DNA of 63,249 bases from a virus. Positions 38,313 to 50,000 of the stretch are shown here, piece after piece. Below the pieces are notes generated by a model. It did no database searches and had not been told where the DNA came from. It saw nothing but the letters and a program-made list of their open reading frames with translations. A program made the position numbers and the translations under genes. The DNA lies in IMG/VR virus record IMGVR_UViG_3300037483_000205; one strand, 5' to 3'. Each line of letters begins with the position of its first letter. Position 1 is the stretch's first letter.

Positions 38313-41189
38313 ATGTTCTTGTCCAAACTCCTTCCAACGGAAGGGTTGTATTGCGTAGCGATGGCCCTCCCCAAGGGAGGGTTTAAACACTTCTTTCACG
38401 AGCGCCTTGGCGAGGCAGAAGCACGGCTGAACGGCCTGAATGGTGCCGGGCACACGGTTTACATAGCGCAGGCTACGTTCGACCAAAAGAAGATTGAAGA
38501 GGCGAAGAAGACGAACTCTGCCCTCGCCGAAGGAGAGAAGCGAACCGGCCTGCGAACTCAGGTCAACGCCCTACAACTGAAGAATTTTTTCCTTGATATA
38601 GATGTCGGCGAGAAGTGGCCGCTGAAGACCAAGAAGGCCGCAGTAACGGAGTTAAAGAAGTTCGTTCAAGAGACTGAGCTTCCGTTCCCCTCAGTCGTCA
38701 GCTCCGGCAACGGGCTCTACGCTCACTGGATACTTGAGCAGGCGGTGCCCGCCGGCCAGTGGAAAACGATAGCACAGCTTCTGAAGAAAGTAGTAGCGGA
38801 GTATTCACCTCCGCTCGGCGGAGATTCCTCTAGGACCAGCGATTCTGCCTCGGTCCTCAGACCTCCAGGGACGACGAACCGAAAGCCTGGTAAGGAAGAG
38901 AAGCAAGTCCTTCTTCTGAAGGATGTCGAACCCGTAGGATTCCTCGACTTCGTAAACCTGCTCGGCGAAGCCGCGAAGAGGAAGAAGATTAACCGGGAGA
39001 TGATTCTCCCCCCGAAGTCGGTAGATGTCAATGCTGACTTCTACGCCGGTCTCGGGCCGACAGGTCCCCCGAGCAACGCCGACCGCGTCGCGGATAAGTG
39101 CGCACAAGTTCGCGAGGTTCGCGAGGCGAAGGGCAACGTCACGGAGCCGTTATGGTACAACACCATAGGACTTGTCATCCACTGCGAAGACGGCGAAGCA
39201 ACAGCGCAGGAGTGGTCGTCAGGACATCCTGACTACTCTCCAGAGGAGACAAGCAGGAAGATCGCCCAATGGCGAGGAACCGGCGTCGGCCCGACGACCT
39301 GTGCCAAGTTCGGCGAACTGAATCCGACGGGATGTATCGGCTGTCCGAGTAATGGCAAAATAAAGAGTCCGATCGTCCTCGGCAAGCCGGAGCCGAAGGA
39401 GCTTGCGCCGGTCGAAGAACAGTGTCCTCCTCCAGATGGTTTCAGGAGAAGCCAGGATGGCCTGTACGTTGACAACGACGGGCAATGGGTACGTTTCTAC
39501 GACTGCGACTTGTACGTCGACAGACTGGCGTATGACCAGTCCCTCGGCTACGAAGTGATGACGATAAAGCACTCCCTCCCTCACGAGGGCAACTTGGAGT
39601 GTACTGTCAGGTCGTCGATGGTCAACGACCCGAAAGCGCTGATAACTCTCCTTGGAGATAATCATATTAAGGTGGTCGGGACCCGAGACAAGAAATTCAT
39701 GGTGAATTATATGGAAGGATACCAGAGTAAACTCCAGAGGATGCGACGGATGTCGCACTACCTGTGCCAGATGGGCTGGGCGACAGCCAGAGATGGTAAG
39801 GAGATGTTCGTCCTTGGGAAGAAGATTCTTCACTCAGACGGTTCGTCCGAAGAGGCGAGCCTTGCTCACAACGTGCCGACGGCTGCCGGCGGGTACCGGA
39901 CAGCGGGAGAACTCAGCGAGTGGGTAAAAGCTACGCGAGTGTTGAACGAGCCAGGGATGGAGCCGTTCGCCTTTGCACTCCTCGCTGGAGGCTTCGGCGC
40001 TCCGCTGATGAAGTTCACCGGTTTCGACGGTGCGGCGATCTCAATGGTCGGGCAGTCGGGCGCCGGGAAGACGCTTCTTCTTATGATGATCCAGTCGGTC
40101 TGGGGCGCTCACCAAGACCTGATGATGACGAAGAACGACACCGATCTGTCGATGATCTCCAGGCTTGGCGTGTATAACACCTTGCCGCTTACCATCGACG
40201 AAGTCACCAACATGGAGGCGATGAAGGTCTCCAACCTCCTGTACCAGATCACGCAAGGTAGGGAGCGTACTCGCCTTGGCCGGGACTCGAAAGAGTTGAG
40301 TAACCTCAACCGGTGGAACACTCTCGCCGTCACCAGTTCGAACGAGTCACTTGTCGACAAACTTTCGTCTACGAAGGTCGACGCTTCGGCAGAGATAAAC
40401 CGGGTTTTCGAGTACTACGTTAATAAGCATGCGCTGTTTGTAGAACCATTGACTACCGATCTTTATTGGACCATAACCGAGAACTTCGGGCACGCTGGGG
40501 AGAAGTATGCTAAATGGCTGGTGAAAAACGTCAAGGGATTGCGGGCAGACCTCGATAAAATAAAAACGAGGATCGAGGCAAAGGCAGCCACTCAAGGCGG
40601 CGAGAGGTTCTGGTCGGCGATCGCAAGCGTCGCCATCTATGGCGGGTTAATCGCGAAGCGGCTTGGCCTTATCGACTTCGAGATCGCCCCGGTCATGAAG
40701 TGGGCGGAGGAGACTATCCGAGAGATGAGGACCGACAAGCAGGAGTTGTCCGGTGACTCCGTCACCATCCTTGCTCAGTTCCTCGACGATCATGCCGGCA
40801 ACAGGCTGATCGTGAAGGGAAGCGCGCTAGCGCGCCAAGGCTGTCAGGTGATCGAGGCACCGCGAGGAGCGCTTTACGTCAGGTATGAAATTGATACTCA
40901 GAGGATGTATATTTCCAGGCCCACATTAAAAACGTGGCTGTCCAAGAGGTTCGGGTCGTATACCAAACTGAAGCGGGATTTGATCGAGATGAAGGCTCTG
41001 GTCGAGGCGAACAAGTCGAAGAACCTTGGTGCCGGGACATGGTTCTCTTCTGCGTCTCAGGCTACTTGGGAAATTAATGTCTCCTGTCGTCGGCTTGGGT
41101 TTACTGCGCAACGTCTCATAGAGACTGCTGAGGAGCTGGCAAAGCTGCCGGCGTTACCAGGGAGTGGGAAGATTGGAGGGAAGGAATGA
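38313..41189 (+). CDS. Bifunctional AEP primase-polymerase / SF3 helicase
   Basis: 958 aa. AEP motifs FFLDIDVGE (DxD) and SSGNGLYAHW. Cys cluster CAKFGELNPTGCIGC. Walker A GQSGAGKT. Walker B LPLTIDEV. Confidence 0.8.
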   Translation: MFLSKLLPTEGLYCVAMALPKGGFKHFFHERLGEAEARLNGLNGAGHTVYIAQATFDQKKIEEAKKTNSALAEGEKRTGLRTQVNALQLKNFFLDIDVGEKWPLKTKKAAVTELKKFVQETELPFPSVVSSGNGLYAHWILEQAVPAGQWKTIAQLLKKVVAEYSPPLGGDSSRTSDSASVLRPPGTTNRKPGKEEKQVLLLKDVEPVGFLDFVNLLGEAAKRKKINREMILPPKSVDVNADFYAGLGPTGPPSNADRVADKCAQVREVREAKGNVTEPLWYNTIGLVIHCEDGEATAQEWSSGHPDYSPEETSRKIAQWRGTGVGPTTCAKFGELNPTGCIGCPSNGKIKSPIVLGKPEPKELAPVEEQCPPPDGFRRSQDGLYVDNDGQWVRFYDCDLYVDRLAYDQSLGYEVMTIKHSLPHEGNLECTVRSSMVNDPKALITLLGDNHIKVVGTRDKKFMVNYMEGYQSKLQRMRRMSHYLCQMGWATARDGKEMFVLGKKILHSDGSSEEASLAHNVPTAAGGYRTAGELSEWVKATRVLNEPGMEPFAFALLAGGFGAPLMKFTGFDGAAISMVGQSGAGKTLLLMMIQSVWGAHQDLMMTKNDTDLSMISRLGVYNTLPLTIDEVTNMEAMKVSNLLYQITQGRERTRLGRDSKELSNLNRWNTLAVTSSNESLVDKLSSTKVDASAEINRVFEYYVNKHALFVEPLTTDLYWTITENFGHAGEKYAKWLVKNVKGLRADLDKIKTRIEAKAATQGGERFWSAIASVAIYGGLIAKRLGLIDFEIAPVMKWAEETIREMRTDKQELSGDSVTILAQFLDDHAGNRLIVKGSALARQGCQVIEAPRGALYVRYEIDTQRMYISRPTLKTWLSKRFGSYTKLKRDLIEMKALVEANKSKNLGAGTWFSSASQATWEINVSCRRLGFTAQRLIETAEELAKLPALPGSGKIGGKE

Positions 41190-41371
41190 AAGGCGAACCA
41201 TGTATCCGCAGGAAAGTCGTCATAGACGACGAGAACTTTTACTTTGTAGTAGGCAAGAACTTCGTCCATGCCACAACGCCGCACGAGAACAGGCCGGAGA
41301 ACGAGAAACTGAGAAGGATAATTGACGCTATATGTCATGAAGTGACAGAGGCGCAGGGAGGAGAGGGATGA
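41186..41371 (+). CDS. Hypothetical protein (61 aa)
   Basis: ATGA overlap. Confidence 0.65.
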   Translation: MKGEPCIRRKVVIDDENFYFVVGKNFVHATTPHENRPENEKLRRIIDAICHEVTEAQGGEG

Positions 41372-41607
41372 TAGGAATAACTGAGTTACTTGCTAAGGTA
41401 GGTGACGACAACATCAATATCCAAGCATTGGACAGCTGCCTGATAAGAGCGGACTACGCGCACAAGAACTGGACAGTGATCAGCTTCGGCACAAATCAGC
41501 CACTACTTCATAGCGGGACGCTAGACATGGGAGTGATCGTCTGGATGCCGAGAGACAAAGTCGAGAAGATACTTCGCGAAGCGAAAGGAGGAGGAGGAGA
41601 GGGATGA
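41368..41607 (+). CDS. Hypothetical protein (79 aa)
   Basis: ATGA overlap. SD GGAGGAGAGGG. Confidence 0.7.
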   Translation: MIGITELLAKVGDDNINIQALDSCLIRADYAHKNWTVISFGTNQPLLHSGTLDMGVIVWMPRDKVEKILREAKGGGGEG

Positions 41608-41831
41608 TTGACCCAGAAGAAGTAAGACGCTCAAAATGCGGAGGAGGAGTCTGTATTTGCCAGCACTCCAAGACTGAGTGGGCGGCGCACTGCATGGACT
41701 GCGATAACTCCATAGGCGTCAGAGGGTACTACGACCCATGCGCCAGGAGTGCAAAAGAGGCAGGCGAGATGTGGGTCGTCTTGAACCAGAGAATATCTTC
41801 GGAGAAGAGTAATGAATACATACAGGCTTGA
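41604..41831 (+). CDS. Zinc-ribbon protein, possibly Lar-like (restriction alleviation)
   Basis: KCGGGVCIC...HCMDCDN...AKEAGEMWVVLNQR resembles the Lar-family layout (Cys pairs then ..A...WN.R). Weak call. Confidence 0.4.
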   Translation: MIDPEEVRRSKCGGGVCICQHSKTEWAAHCMDCDNSIGVRGYYDPCARSAKEAGEMWVVLNQRISSEKSNEYIQA

Positions 41832-42000
41832 AGCAACTTACAAAGAAAGATACCAAGGATTCAGATGTACGTTCTTCGATGACGGACTGTCGATGGCAAA
41901 GTCAATAGCTAGGGCACTTGTTGCCTCCGGAGACTTCGACGGAGTCGTCCTCACGAAGGACAAGCAGGAAGAGATCAGCTTCGCCGAGGAGGACGAATGA
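41812..42000 (+). CDS. Hypothetical protein (62 aa)
   Basis: ATGA-context start; 20-nt overlap. Confidence 0.6.
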   Translation: MNTYRLEATYKERYQGFRCTFFDDGLSMAKSIARALVASGDFDGVVLTKDKQEEISFAEEDE

Positions 42001-42194
42001 TCTACATCCACCGAGCAAAGAAGCAGTATGACGGAGGGGGAAGGGACTACGATCGGACGGTCAGCCCCGGAGCGGAGACGATCGGCGAAGCCGTCTCCTA
42101 CGGAGAAGCTGCCCGGTTTATCCGGACCCTGCCCGCAGGGTGGATTTACTACACATCAACCCGGCCTTGCCGGAATTGGAGGGAGAAGAGATGA
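41997..42194 (+). CDS. Hypothetical protein (65 aa)
   Basis: ATGA overlap. Confidence 0.6.
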   Translation: MIYIHRAKKQYDGGGRDYDRTVSPGAETIGEAVSYGEAARFIRTLPAGWIYYTSTRPCRNWREKR

Positions 42195-42391
42195 AACTCG
42201 AAGAAACGAGAATCCAGTCAGGAGGAGTCATGCGCTGCTGCCTCGCCGATGTGGCCTGCGAGTACTTGGGTAAGGAAGTCGAGCTAGGCGCGACGAGTGA
42301 GTGCCCGCACTGTCACGAGAAGTTCACTCTGGTCTTTGACCAGTACCCTATCTGGAAACCTGATTGGATGTTGGAGGAGACCACGAAGTGA
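42191..42391 (+). CDS. Hypothetical Cys-containing protein (66 aa)
   Basis: ATGA overlap. RCC...C...CPHC. Confidence 0.65.
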   Translation: MKLEETRIQSGGVMRCCLADVACEYLGKEVELGATSECPHCHEKFTLVFDQYPIWKPDWMLEETTK

Positions 42392-42531
42392 CAATCGAAG
42401 AACTTGCCCACGAGTTGTGGGTAGCTGCGCAGCTTATGCCTTGGGAAGGCATTACCGACGGGGTTGATAGGATAATTGAAATTCTTGAGCGGGAGGAGAA
42501 TAGAAATGAAAATAGTGAAGCCAAGTGTTGA
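42388..42531 (+). CDS. Possible 47-aa protein
   Basis: The GTG start overlaps the upstream stop (GTGA). Overlaps thyX by 26 nt. Confidence 0.35.
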   Translation: MTIEELAHELWVAAQLMPWEGITDGVDRIIEILEREENRNENSEAKC

Positions 42532-43378
42532 GTTTTTCGGCGCGGTGCCTACTGATTATGAGAACGCCTTGAAGTTCATCGAGATGGCTGGACGTACTTG
42601 TTACCGGTCGGAAGACCGGATCACTACGACGAGCGCGGAGGGCTTCGTCAAGCGCCTTATCAAGGCGGGGCATCTGGCTATGGTCGAGCATTCGAATTTC
42701 GTTGTTCGGCATGACCTCGAATCATGCAAATACATAGACGCCTTGGTAGCCATGCTTGGTAAGTTCCTTACCTGCGAGCATGATGAAAACTACATCTATT
42801 TCGGGGGGAACCTTACTGCGTGGTTTGAACGGCTCAACTATATTGGCTACGACCCAATCTTCGTCCCGTTCGTCAAGCAGTACGGAAAGTTGTTCGGCAT
42901 GACTTCAGATGCCTACTCAGGCAACTGGGAAGCATGCCCCCACGACGAGATCCCGAAGGACCTACATCGCTACTCCGCCAAGTTTATCTGCGACAGAGGA
43001 GTATCCCATGAGTTGGTTCGCCATCGTCCTTGCTCTTTCGCTCAGGAGAGTACTCGTTATGTGAACTATGCCGGTAAGGATATGGAGTTTATCGAACCCG
43101 GCGGGTTTGAAGAGTGGTCGCACGAGGTGCGAAGGTTATTCGAGATATCCTGCGAGAATGTTGAAAGTACTTACGACGTACTGATCCGATACGGACTTAA
43201 ACCCCAGCAAGCCCGAGCCGTCCTGCCGAACGCCTTGAGGACTGAGATCGTCGTTACAGCGGACGCTGCAGAGTGGGCGCACATTAGGAAGCTTCGGACT
43301 TCGTCTGCAGCACACCCTGATATTCAGAGGGTTATGAACCTCGTCCCGTGGGACGCCTTCCTAGAGGAAAATTTATGA
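42506..43378 (+). CDS. thyX: Flavin-dependent thymidylate synthase ThyX
   Basis: ThyX signature VRHRPCSFAQESTRY (RHRxxSxxxxSxR). SD GGGAGGAG before the ATG at 42506. Confidence 0.85.
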   Translation: MKIVKPSVEFFGAVPTDYENALKFIEMAGRTCYRSEDRITTTSAEGFVKRLIKAGHLAMVEHSNFVVRHDLESCKYIDALVAMLGKFLTCEHDENYIYFGGNLTAWFERLNYIGYDPIFVPFVKQYGKLFGMTSDAYSGNWEACPHDEIPKDLHRYSAKFICDRGVSHELVRHRPCSFAQESTRYVNYAGKDMEFIEPGGFEEWSHEVRRLFEISCENVESTYDVLIRYGLKPQQARAVLPNALRTEIVVTADAAEWAHIRKLRTSSAAHPDIQRVMNLVPWDAFLEENL

Positions 43379-43848
43379 GCGGAACATGTGAGAAACACGG
43401 AGACTTTCCAGGGTTCAGATGCGTGGAGTGCGAGCTTCGGCTCGATGCGCCTGTCTGCCCCAACTGCAGAAACTCTGACGAGATAGTATACAACATGGGA
43501 GGTAGGAAGCACTGCTTATCCTGCGGGTGGAGCTGGGACCCGTCTCCGGACGAGGAGCCGCACCTTGGGGCGTGCCTCGACGAAGCCAAAGCGACGATCT
43601 GCGGCGAGCGCCAAGATCAGTACGGGAACCCGGAGGACTCTTTCGAATTGATTGGTTCCTATTGGGCGACGTACCTCCAAGAGAAGGCTAAGGACGGGAC
43701 AACAATCATCTCGGCCAAAGATGTAGCCCACATGATGATCTTGTTCAAGGTCGCTCGGTGCCAGGGGCAGAAACCTAAGAGAGACAACTATGTTGACATT
43801 TGCGGCTACGCCGCGATCGCAGCCGATCGGCTGATGGAGGAGAAATGA
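43375..43848 (+). CDS. Zinc-ribbon plus conserved phage domain of unknown function (nucleotide-metabolism neighbourhood)
   Basis: N-terminal CVEC...CPNC...CLSC. C-terminal ERQDQYGNPEDSF..IG..W......ISAKDVAHMMILFKVARCQG...RDNYVDICGYAAIAA resembles a DUF common in phages (recalled, unverified). Confidence 0.6.
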   Translation: MSGTCEKHGDFPGFRCVECELRLDAPVCPNCRNSDEIVYNMGGRKHCLSCGWSWDPSPDEEPHLGACLDEAKATICGERQDQYGNPEDSFELIGSYWATYLQEKAKDGTTIISAKDVAHMMILFKVARCQGQKPKRDNYVDICGYAAIAADRLMEEK

Positions 43849-44084
43849 AAAAGTACAGAGTAACTATCCCGTTTCCAGTATTTGTAACTATCGAGGTAGA
43901 GGCGGGTAGTGCTGAAGACGCAGAAGACAAAGCGTTCGAAGAGGTTTACCTCGACAAGTACGCCGGTAATGGTGGACACGACAAGCTGATAGGAGTGCGC
44001 GAAGCGCACATGTCTATCGAGCCAGGAGAGTACCCTCTTGACGAAGGAGGATTCTCAGTCGAGGTGGAGGAAGTGACGGAGTGA
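43845..44084 (+). CDS. Hypothetical acidic protein (79 aa)
   Basis: ATGA overlap. Last gene of the plus arm. Confidence 0.7.
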   Translation: MKKYRVTIPFPVFVTIEVEAGSAEDAEDKAFEEVYLDKYAGNGGHDKLIGVREAHMSIEPGEYPLDEGGFSVEVEEVTE

Positions 44085-44098
44085 CCTTCCGGTCACTC
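44079..44098. terminator. Shared hairpin at the convergence point of the two arms
   Basis: GAGTGACC-ttcc-GGTCACTC overlaps both converging stop codons (44082-84 and 44093-95). Confidence 0.55.
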
Positions 44099-47000
44099 CC
44101 CCATGTAAACCGGAACCCCAAACTGCGAAGCAATCTGTCTCTGACGAAGGCCAGTAGTTCCAACCTCGCCGAGGACAAGTCTCCGCACCGCAGGCCGTAA
44201 GTCGCTCCCGTTGATCGCAAATAGCGGGAGCTTTGCATTGAAGGTCGCAATCGCCGACATCGGCCCCTCAGTATCTTCGCTATCTACGATAGCTTTGGCG
44301 GCGTCGCGGATGAGTCGGCCTCTCCTTTCGGAGAGCTGGGTCCCGATCTTGTTCAAGCTACGTTCGGCGCCTTGAGCTTTCGCAACTTCATCAGGCTGGA
44401 AGCCGAGGCCGATCATCAGGATTTCATCTGGGCCGATGGCCTCGTCGGCCAAGAGCTTCTTCCCTGCTCCGGTCTTCAGCCCGTCGGATGCTACGCGGAT
44501 AGCCTTTAGGCCATCCTTCAAGGGCTTGGGCAGGGCCTCTTCGAGACCTCTCATATAATTGCCCTTGTTCACCATCTGGTCGTAGCCCTTGACCCATGAC
44601 TGAGCGACGGAGAAGCTCGGGCCGATGAGGTTGCCGGCGTACCACGCAGCAAGCTGCGCTCCGTGCATGTTCTCTGGAGGCTCGGAAGAGACGCCGTAGA
44701 GGTCGCCCATACCTATCCTCTTGGACAGGTTGGTCCCGACTGCCGTAGGCAGCCCATAGGATATGATCCCCCCGAACAAAGATCCTGCGTTCTCAGTGAC
44801 CCACTTGTCGAACTCCATCTCTGCGTCGTAAGGCTCGTCGTCATCGCCTCCGAAGAGGTTGGCAAGGCCGAAGACCATACTGCCTATTATGGTGCCATGC
44901 ACGCCGGCCAAGGCGGCAGACATCGCGGTTACTCCGAGGAACTCTTTTAGTGCGGCCTGCCGCACTTCCTTGCTCTTCTCTCTTAGTTTTTGTATAGTCT
45001 CCGCACTCGCTCCGGCTTTAATCGCTTGCTCAATAGGGGCGTTCTCTCCTTTCAACGCCTGCATCAGCAAGATACCCATCCGCAGAGCGGTCTTTATCCT
45101 GTACGTCTGGAACGTCGTCAGAGTCCTGACAGTGTCGCCCTGCATGAACCAGCCCTTGTCGGACTTGGCGTAATTATAGAGGGTCCCACCGACGATCTCG
45201 GACGAGTCGTTAAGAGCGGAGAAGAAGTCTTGCTTCGCATCGGTGGCCAGCTTGTAGGTGGCAAGCACCGTCGCCTTCCTGCTCCCTAATTCTCCATGCT
45301 GCATGGGCAGCATCGCGTAGCGCAGGGCTTTGCCGACTGCGGTCGTCTGCTTCCCTTGAGCGATGTCGCTTGCCTCGTGGACGGCGGAGATATCCAGATC
45401 GCCTCGGGCGAGGGACTCCCGGAGAGCGAGAAGCTCTCGCTGATAATCGGACTTCAATCCTTTTATCCTCTGCAACTTCTCCGCAGGAGAATAGAAATCC
45501 TCGCCCAACTGGCGATCTCCTACCCTGTTCTTCTCAGTAACCTTCAGGTGGAGGTCGGCGTAAACGCGGTTTACATCGGCGTCGCCGTACATTGCGTCCT
45601 TACTGTACTTCTTGCTGAAGGCTTTGCGGAGACCTTCGGTCAGGGCCGCTGTTGCCTTTGGCAAGGAGGAAAATTTGCGCGACAGCGCGGGCAGGGTGAG
45701 CACCGGCAACTGGGTCAGTTGTACCAAGAAGGTCGATGGCGAAGTCATGTAATAGGCAGTACTGAACTTGCCAAGAGTTGAGGCGATCGGACTGACCCGC
45801 TCGTTCTTCACAGCTTGGAACCATCTTCTGGCATCGTTGACTAGATGAGTACGCATGTCCATGTTAATGGATCCTTCCCTGTCGGTGACTTTGTCTTTGT
45901 TCTCCTGCTCAAACCCCTGGATATCCTCCTCGATCTTCCGCCCGTACTCCATCCACGCAATCGAGCCTGCGTGTCTCAGGACGTAGTCCATCGAGCTGCG
46001 GAGCATGTCGGTGCTGGCACCGAGAACGTTCTTCCGATGAATGGAGTTCTTCAATGCGGAGGTCTCCGGCATCCACCGGAGGATGACCTGATTAAGGTCG
46101 GAGAAGGCGTCGGCTGCCCGCGCTTGAGCTTCGCTCACGGCGCCCGCATCTTCCAGATCGACACCGGTCAGGTATTTAGCCTCAAGGGCCTTGCCAAGCT
46201 GCTCTCGCAGGGCCTGCGGGATAACGGCTTCGCCCTTCTGTGTCTCCCTCTTCACATCTTCGACGAAGGTGTCGGGGTCTACACCCTGGTCTTCCATCTG
46301 CTTGCGGAAGACTCGTCTCTCGCCTGGAGACATAAAGAACTCAGTCTGCTCCCTGCCATCCTTCGTCGTGAACTTGAGAATATATTCTCCGTACCGGGAG
46401 AGGGGGAGGTAGATACCTTTCAGCTTGCCGAACGTCGCGTTGAACTGAGTCATGAGTTGTTCGCGCAGCGTCGGGTTCCCCTCCGACGAGGCTTCGATTA
46501 CGGCGAGGAGGTTGTTCCTCTCACGCTCTCTGAGCGACGCCAGATAGTCAACGATCTTTTTCACCTGCTCCTGCTCGGCGGGCTTCAGCCCGTTCCACGC
46601 AGTTCTCACTTCCTGGTGCGCCTCAGCGAACGACTTACCAGTCGTCTTTGCCATACCTTCTTTCTTCCAAGCCTTCTCAGTCTCTACGAGACTCTTGCCG
46701 TACCAGTCCTGCTCCTCGAGATCGAGCCAAGGGGCCATCTGGTTGAATGTCCCGGTGAGGAGGAGATTGTTGAAGGCTTTCAGCCCTGAGTTTTTCTCAG
46801 CAATGCGCTCCGCATCTTGGTAGATAGCATAGAAATCATCTGGAAGCTGTGCTTTAATTGCCTCCATCTTCTTATTGTGCTTGTCGATGTCTGCCAACCA
46901 GTGAATACGCTTGCCAAGCGTCTGGGCGAGGTGCGACCTCGGCATTACTGCAAGCCACTGCGGGGCGTACTTGACGTAGATGTCGCGGAGACGACTCTTC

Positions 47001-50000
47001 GGGTCTTGCACTGCGTCTAGGATCTGGTCGACCTTTTTTCGGCCTTCTTTCATCTTGTCGGATACTACTGAGAAAAGTATATCTGGGTCAGTCTGACTCC
47101 AGGTGCCTCGGTTGAAGATTGATTTTATTTGGGTTGGTTCGAAGACGGCAAAAGTTGGGTACTGCGACTTACCCCCTTCGCGTGCTACTATACCATCATA
47201 TCCTGCGGCTCTGAGGGCATCTGTCAGTGCGAACTCGCCCTGCCACCACTGATATACGGGGGAGTATACTCCGACATGCACCTTCCTCCTACTGACGTCG
47301 TCTAAGTCAGCTACTAATTTCCTCGCCTCGTCCTTGCCTATTCTACCTGCAGCAAACGAATCTAAAACGCCTTGCTTTACGCGCGACGCCATGTCTGCAA
47401 TGGTAACTCTGGTAAGAGTGTCTCTGAACCCGAAGTCGAACGGATTGGTCAACCTGAGGTACACCGGATATAATCGAGCATCTTCCTCGCCGTCAGCGTA
47501 CTCGCCTGCATACGATGGATCTGCGGAGAACCAGCTTGCTTCCGGAGTTTTGGTGTCGAACGTTGAGAAGTCGCTTGCGTTCGTCCCGTGATAAACAACC
47601 AAAGGCTCTCCGTTCTCATCGACGACCTTACTGTCTCCGAACCACTTCTTGAAGGCGTCCAATCCCTGTATCTTTCTTCCTGCCTCTTTGACCGAGAGTT
47701 TCGCATCCTGCGCGAACTCGCCGAGAACCTCTCCGAGGGTTCTCCCCTTAGTCAAGTCCTGATCCTGCTCCCTTCGGGACCAAGCCTTCGTCCCTTGCGA
47801 AAATAGGGCGACGAGGTCGGACTCCGAGAGCCTGCCATGGGCGATGCCGAGCCGGTAGAGCGCGGCCTTGACGGCGGAGATAATTCGTTTGAAGATGGAG
47901 TGTTTTCGGTTACTTGGATTTTGAATCCAATAAAGGAGAGCCTCCTCCCCTCTGAAGCCTTTCGCCGTATCGGCGGGGACTTTGTCAAATGCCTCCTTAA
48001 TCTTCGGGTTGTTCTTCGCAAGATAGGCAAAATCCTTCAGGATCGCAGATCGCTTGGCGCGGAAGACTTTGTCCTCGTTGAGGAGAGCGTGGCCGGCTTC
48101 GTGCCGCATGATGTCTTCGACATCTCCAGGTTGGAGGTTGTCTGAGAACAGGACTACTTTCTTTTGGGATGGGAAGTAAGAACCTGCGACTGTACCTTTC
48201 GAGGTTCGAAGAACTTCGCCCTCGGTCCCGAGATCATTCGCATTCCGCACAACTTCAAGCTTCCCTCGTTTCACGAGGTTGTCATAGCCTTTGCCGAGGA
48301 ACTTTTTGAGGTCCTCTTGGACCCTGGCAACGAAGGTGCTCCCCCCCTTGGTGGACTGCGCTTGTAAAGGCGCTCCGCTTACGTCCGTACTCGCCAACTG
48401 CGCTGCAATAGATAATGCTTCGCTAAATGCTGAGGCGTGTTTCGCCTCAATGCCGAGGACCTGCATAACCTTCTCGACAAGAGCGTCCCACGCGCTGCGG
48501 TACTTGCCGCCGGTCTTAATCTGGGTTGCTTTCAGCACCCCTTGGAACTGAGGGGACGAGAAAGCCTGGGCCAGGAACTCCTGCTCGTTGAGGAGGCCGT
48601 AGCCGATTTGCTCCATGCCGGACAACTCGCCTGCGAGGAACTTGTTCTTGAACGCCTTGCTGCCGCCGGCAATCTCGATGTTCGATATCGTGTCCTTTGA
48701 AATAAGTCCAAGCTGGGTAACTTGGGCCTTGACCAGCGCCATTACTTCGCGGACCCGCTTCTGCATGTCGGGGCGAACCTTCAGTTCGCGAACCGTGACA
48801 GAGTGAACAAGCTCGTGGAGCGAGGTCGGAGCATTCTTCAAATCCTTGACCGTGATCTCGTTCTTACCTGGGGCGTAGCCTGCAGTCTTCGCTGCTGGGT
48901 CGACCTTGACTGCGGTCTCCAGTTTGGAGCCGGGAGTAAAGGACTTCAGGAACCCTCCGAGCTTCTTCACATTCTCGTCTGGAGATTGTTCGAGTGTAGT
49001 GAACAGGTCGCCTGTGGTGATCGTCTGTTTTGTCGCGGTCTCGGAGAGACTGTCGAGGGCTTCGAAAGACCCATCAGATGGGGCCGGCTCCTTCGGAGCA
49101 AACTTCGCCTCAGTCTCGGCAAGCCGAGCTTGTACCTCCTCCGGAGCCTGCGCCGGTTCCTCCGGAACGGAGAACTCGTCGTTTATTTCTTGCGCAACTT
49201 CTGTGCCTTGCCTCGCAACTTCCGAACTTGTTCGGAGATCTCCTTGTGCCTCGCCAAGAACTCCGCCTCCTGTTTGGAGAGGATCTGTACCGGCCACCTG
49301 ACTCGTATCCTGTTCAGGATTATCATTTCTTACCTCCTGTGGAGCAGGCTCCGCTCCGGCCTGCAGCCTCTCAAAGGCACCCGGCTCTGCCGGCCTCTGC
49401 TCCTCAAGAGGAGCGATCTCAGGCTCCTCCTGCTTATCAAGCAACTTGTACCTGTAGTTACTCGCCTTGTTCTCTTTAAACCAGTTCAGCTTCTCAGCGG
49501 GCGAAAGCCCTTCGGTCTCCGCTCGGACATCGTCGATCGTCTTCCCTTCCGGAGGAAGAAAGCCTCGAGTCTCGCCGTCTTGACGGAGGAAGGTCGTCGT
49601 AGGAAGACTGACTTCTTGAGGGAGTTCCTCAACTACAGGCTTCGCCTCTTTCTCTGCGAGGACTTCTTCAAGGTTGCCCTTGGCGACAGCTTCAGCCGCT
49701 TCCTTCACAGGAAGTTCAACCGTGCGGTCGCCTACGGTGACTGTCGCTACGCCGTCTTCGACTTTGTCAATCTTGACTTCGTCAGGAGTCGCCTGATTGA
49801 GGGTCTCCGCTTGCACAGTGTTTGTCGCCGGCGCGGCCTGCGTAGCAGGGTCGGCAGGTTCGACCTGCTCCTCCCTAATTACATTCGCAACTCTTCGAAT
49901 AGGAAGTCCTGCGGCAATGTCTTCCTTCGCTCCAGTCAGCCACTGGTCTGCGTCAGGCACCTTGTTCGCTACGGCCTGTTTATGGAGTTCATCCACGACG

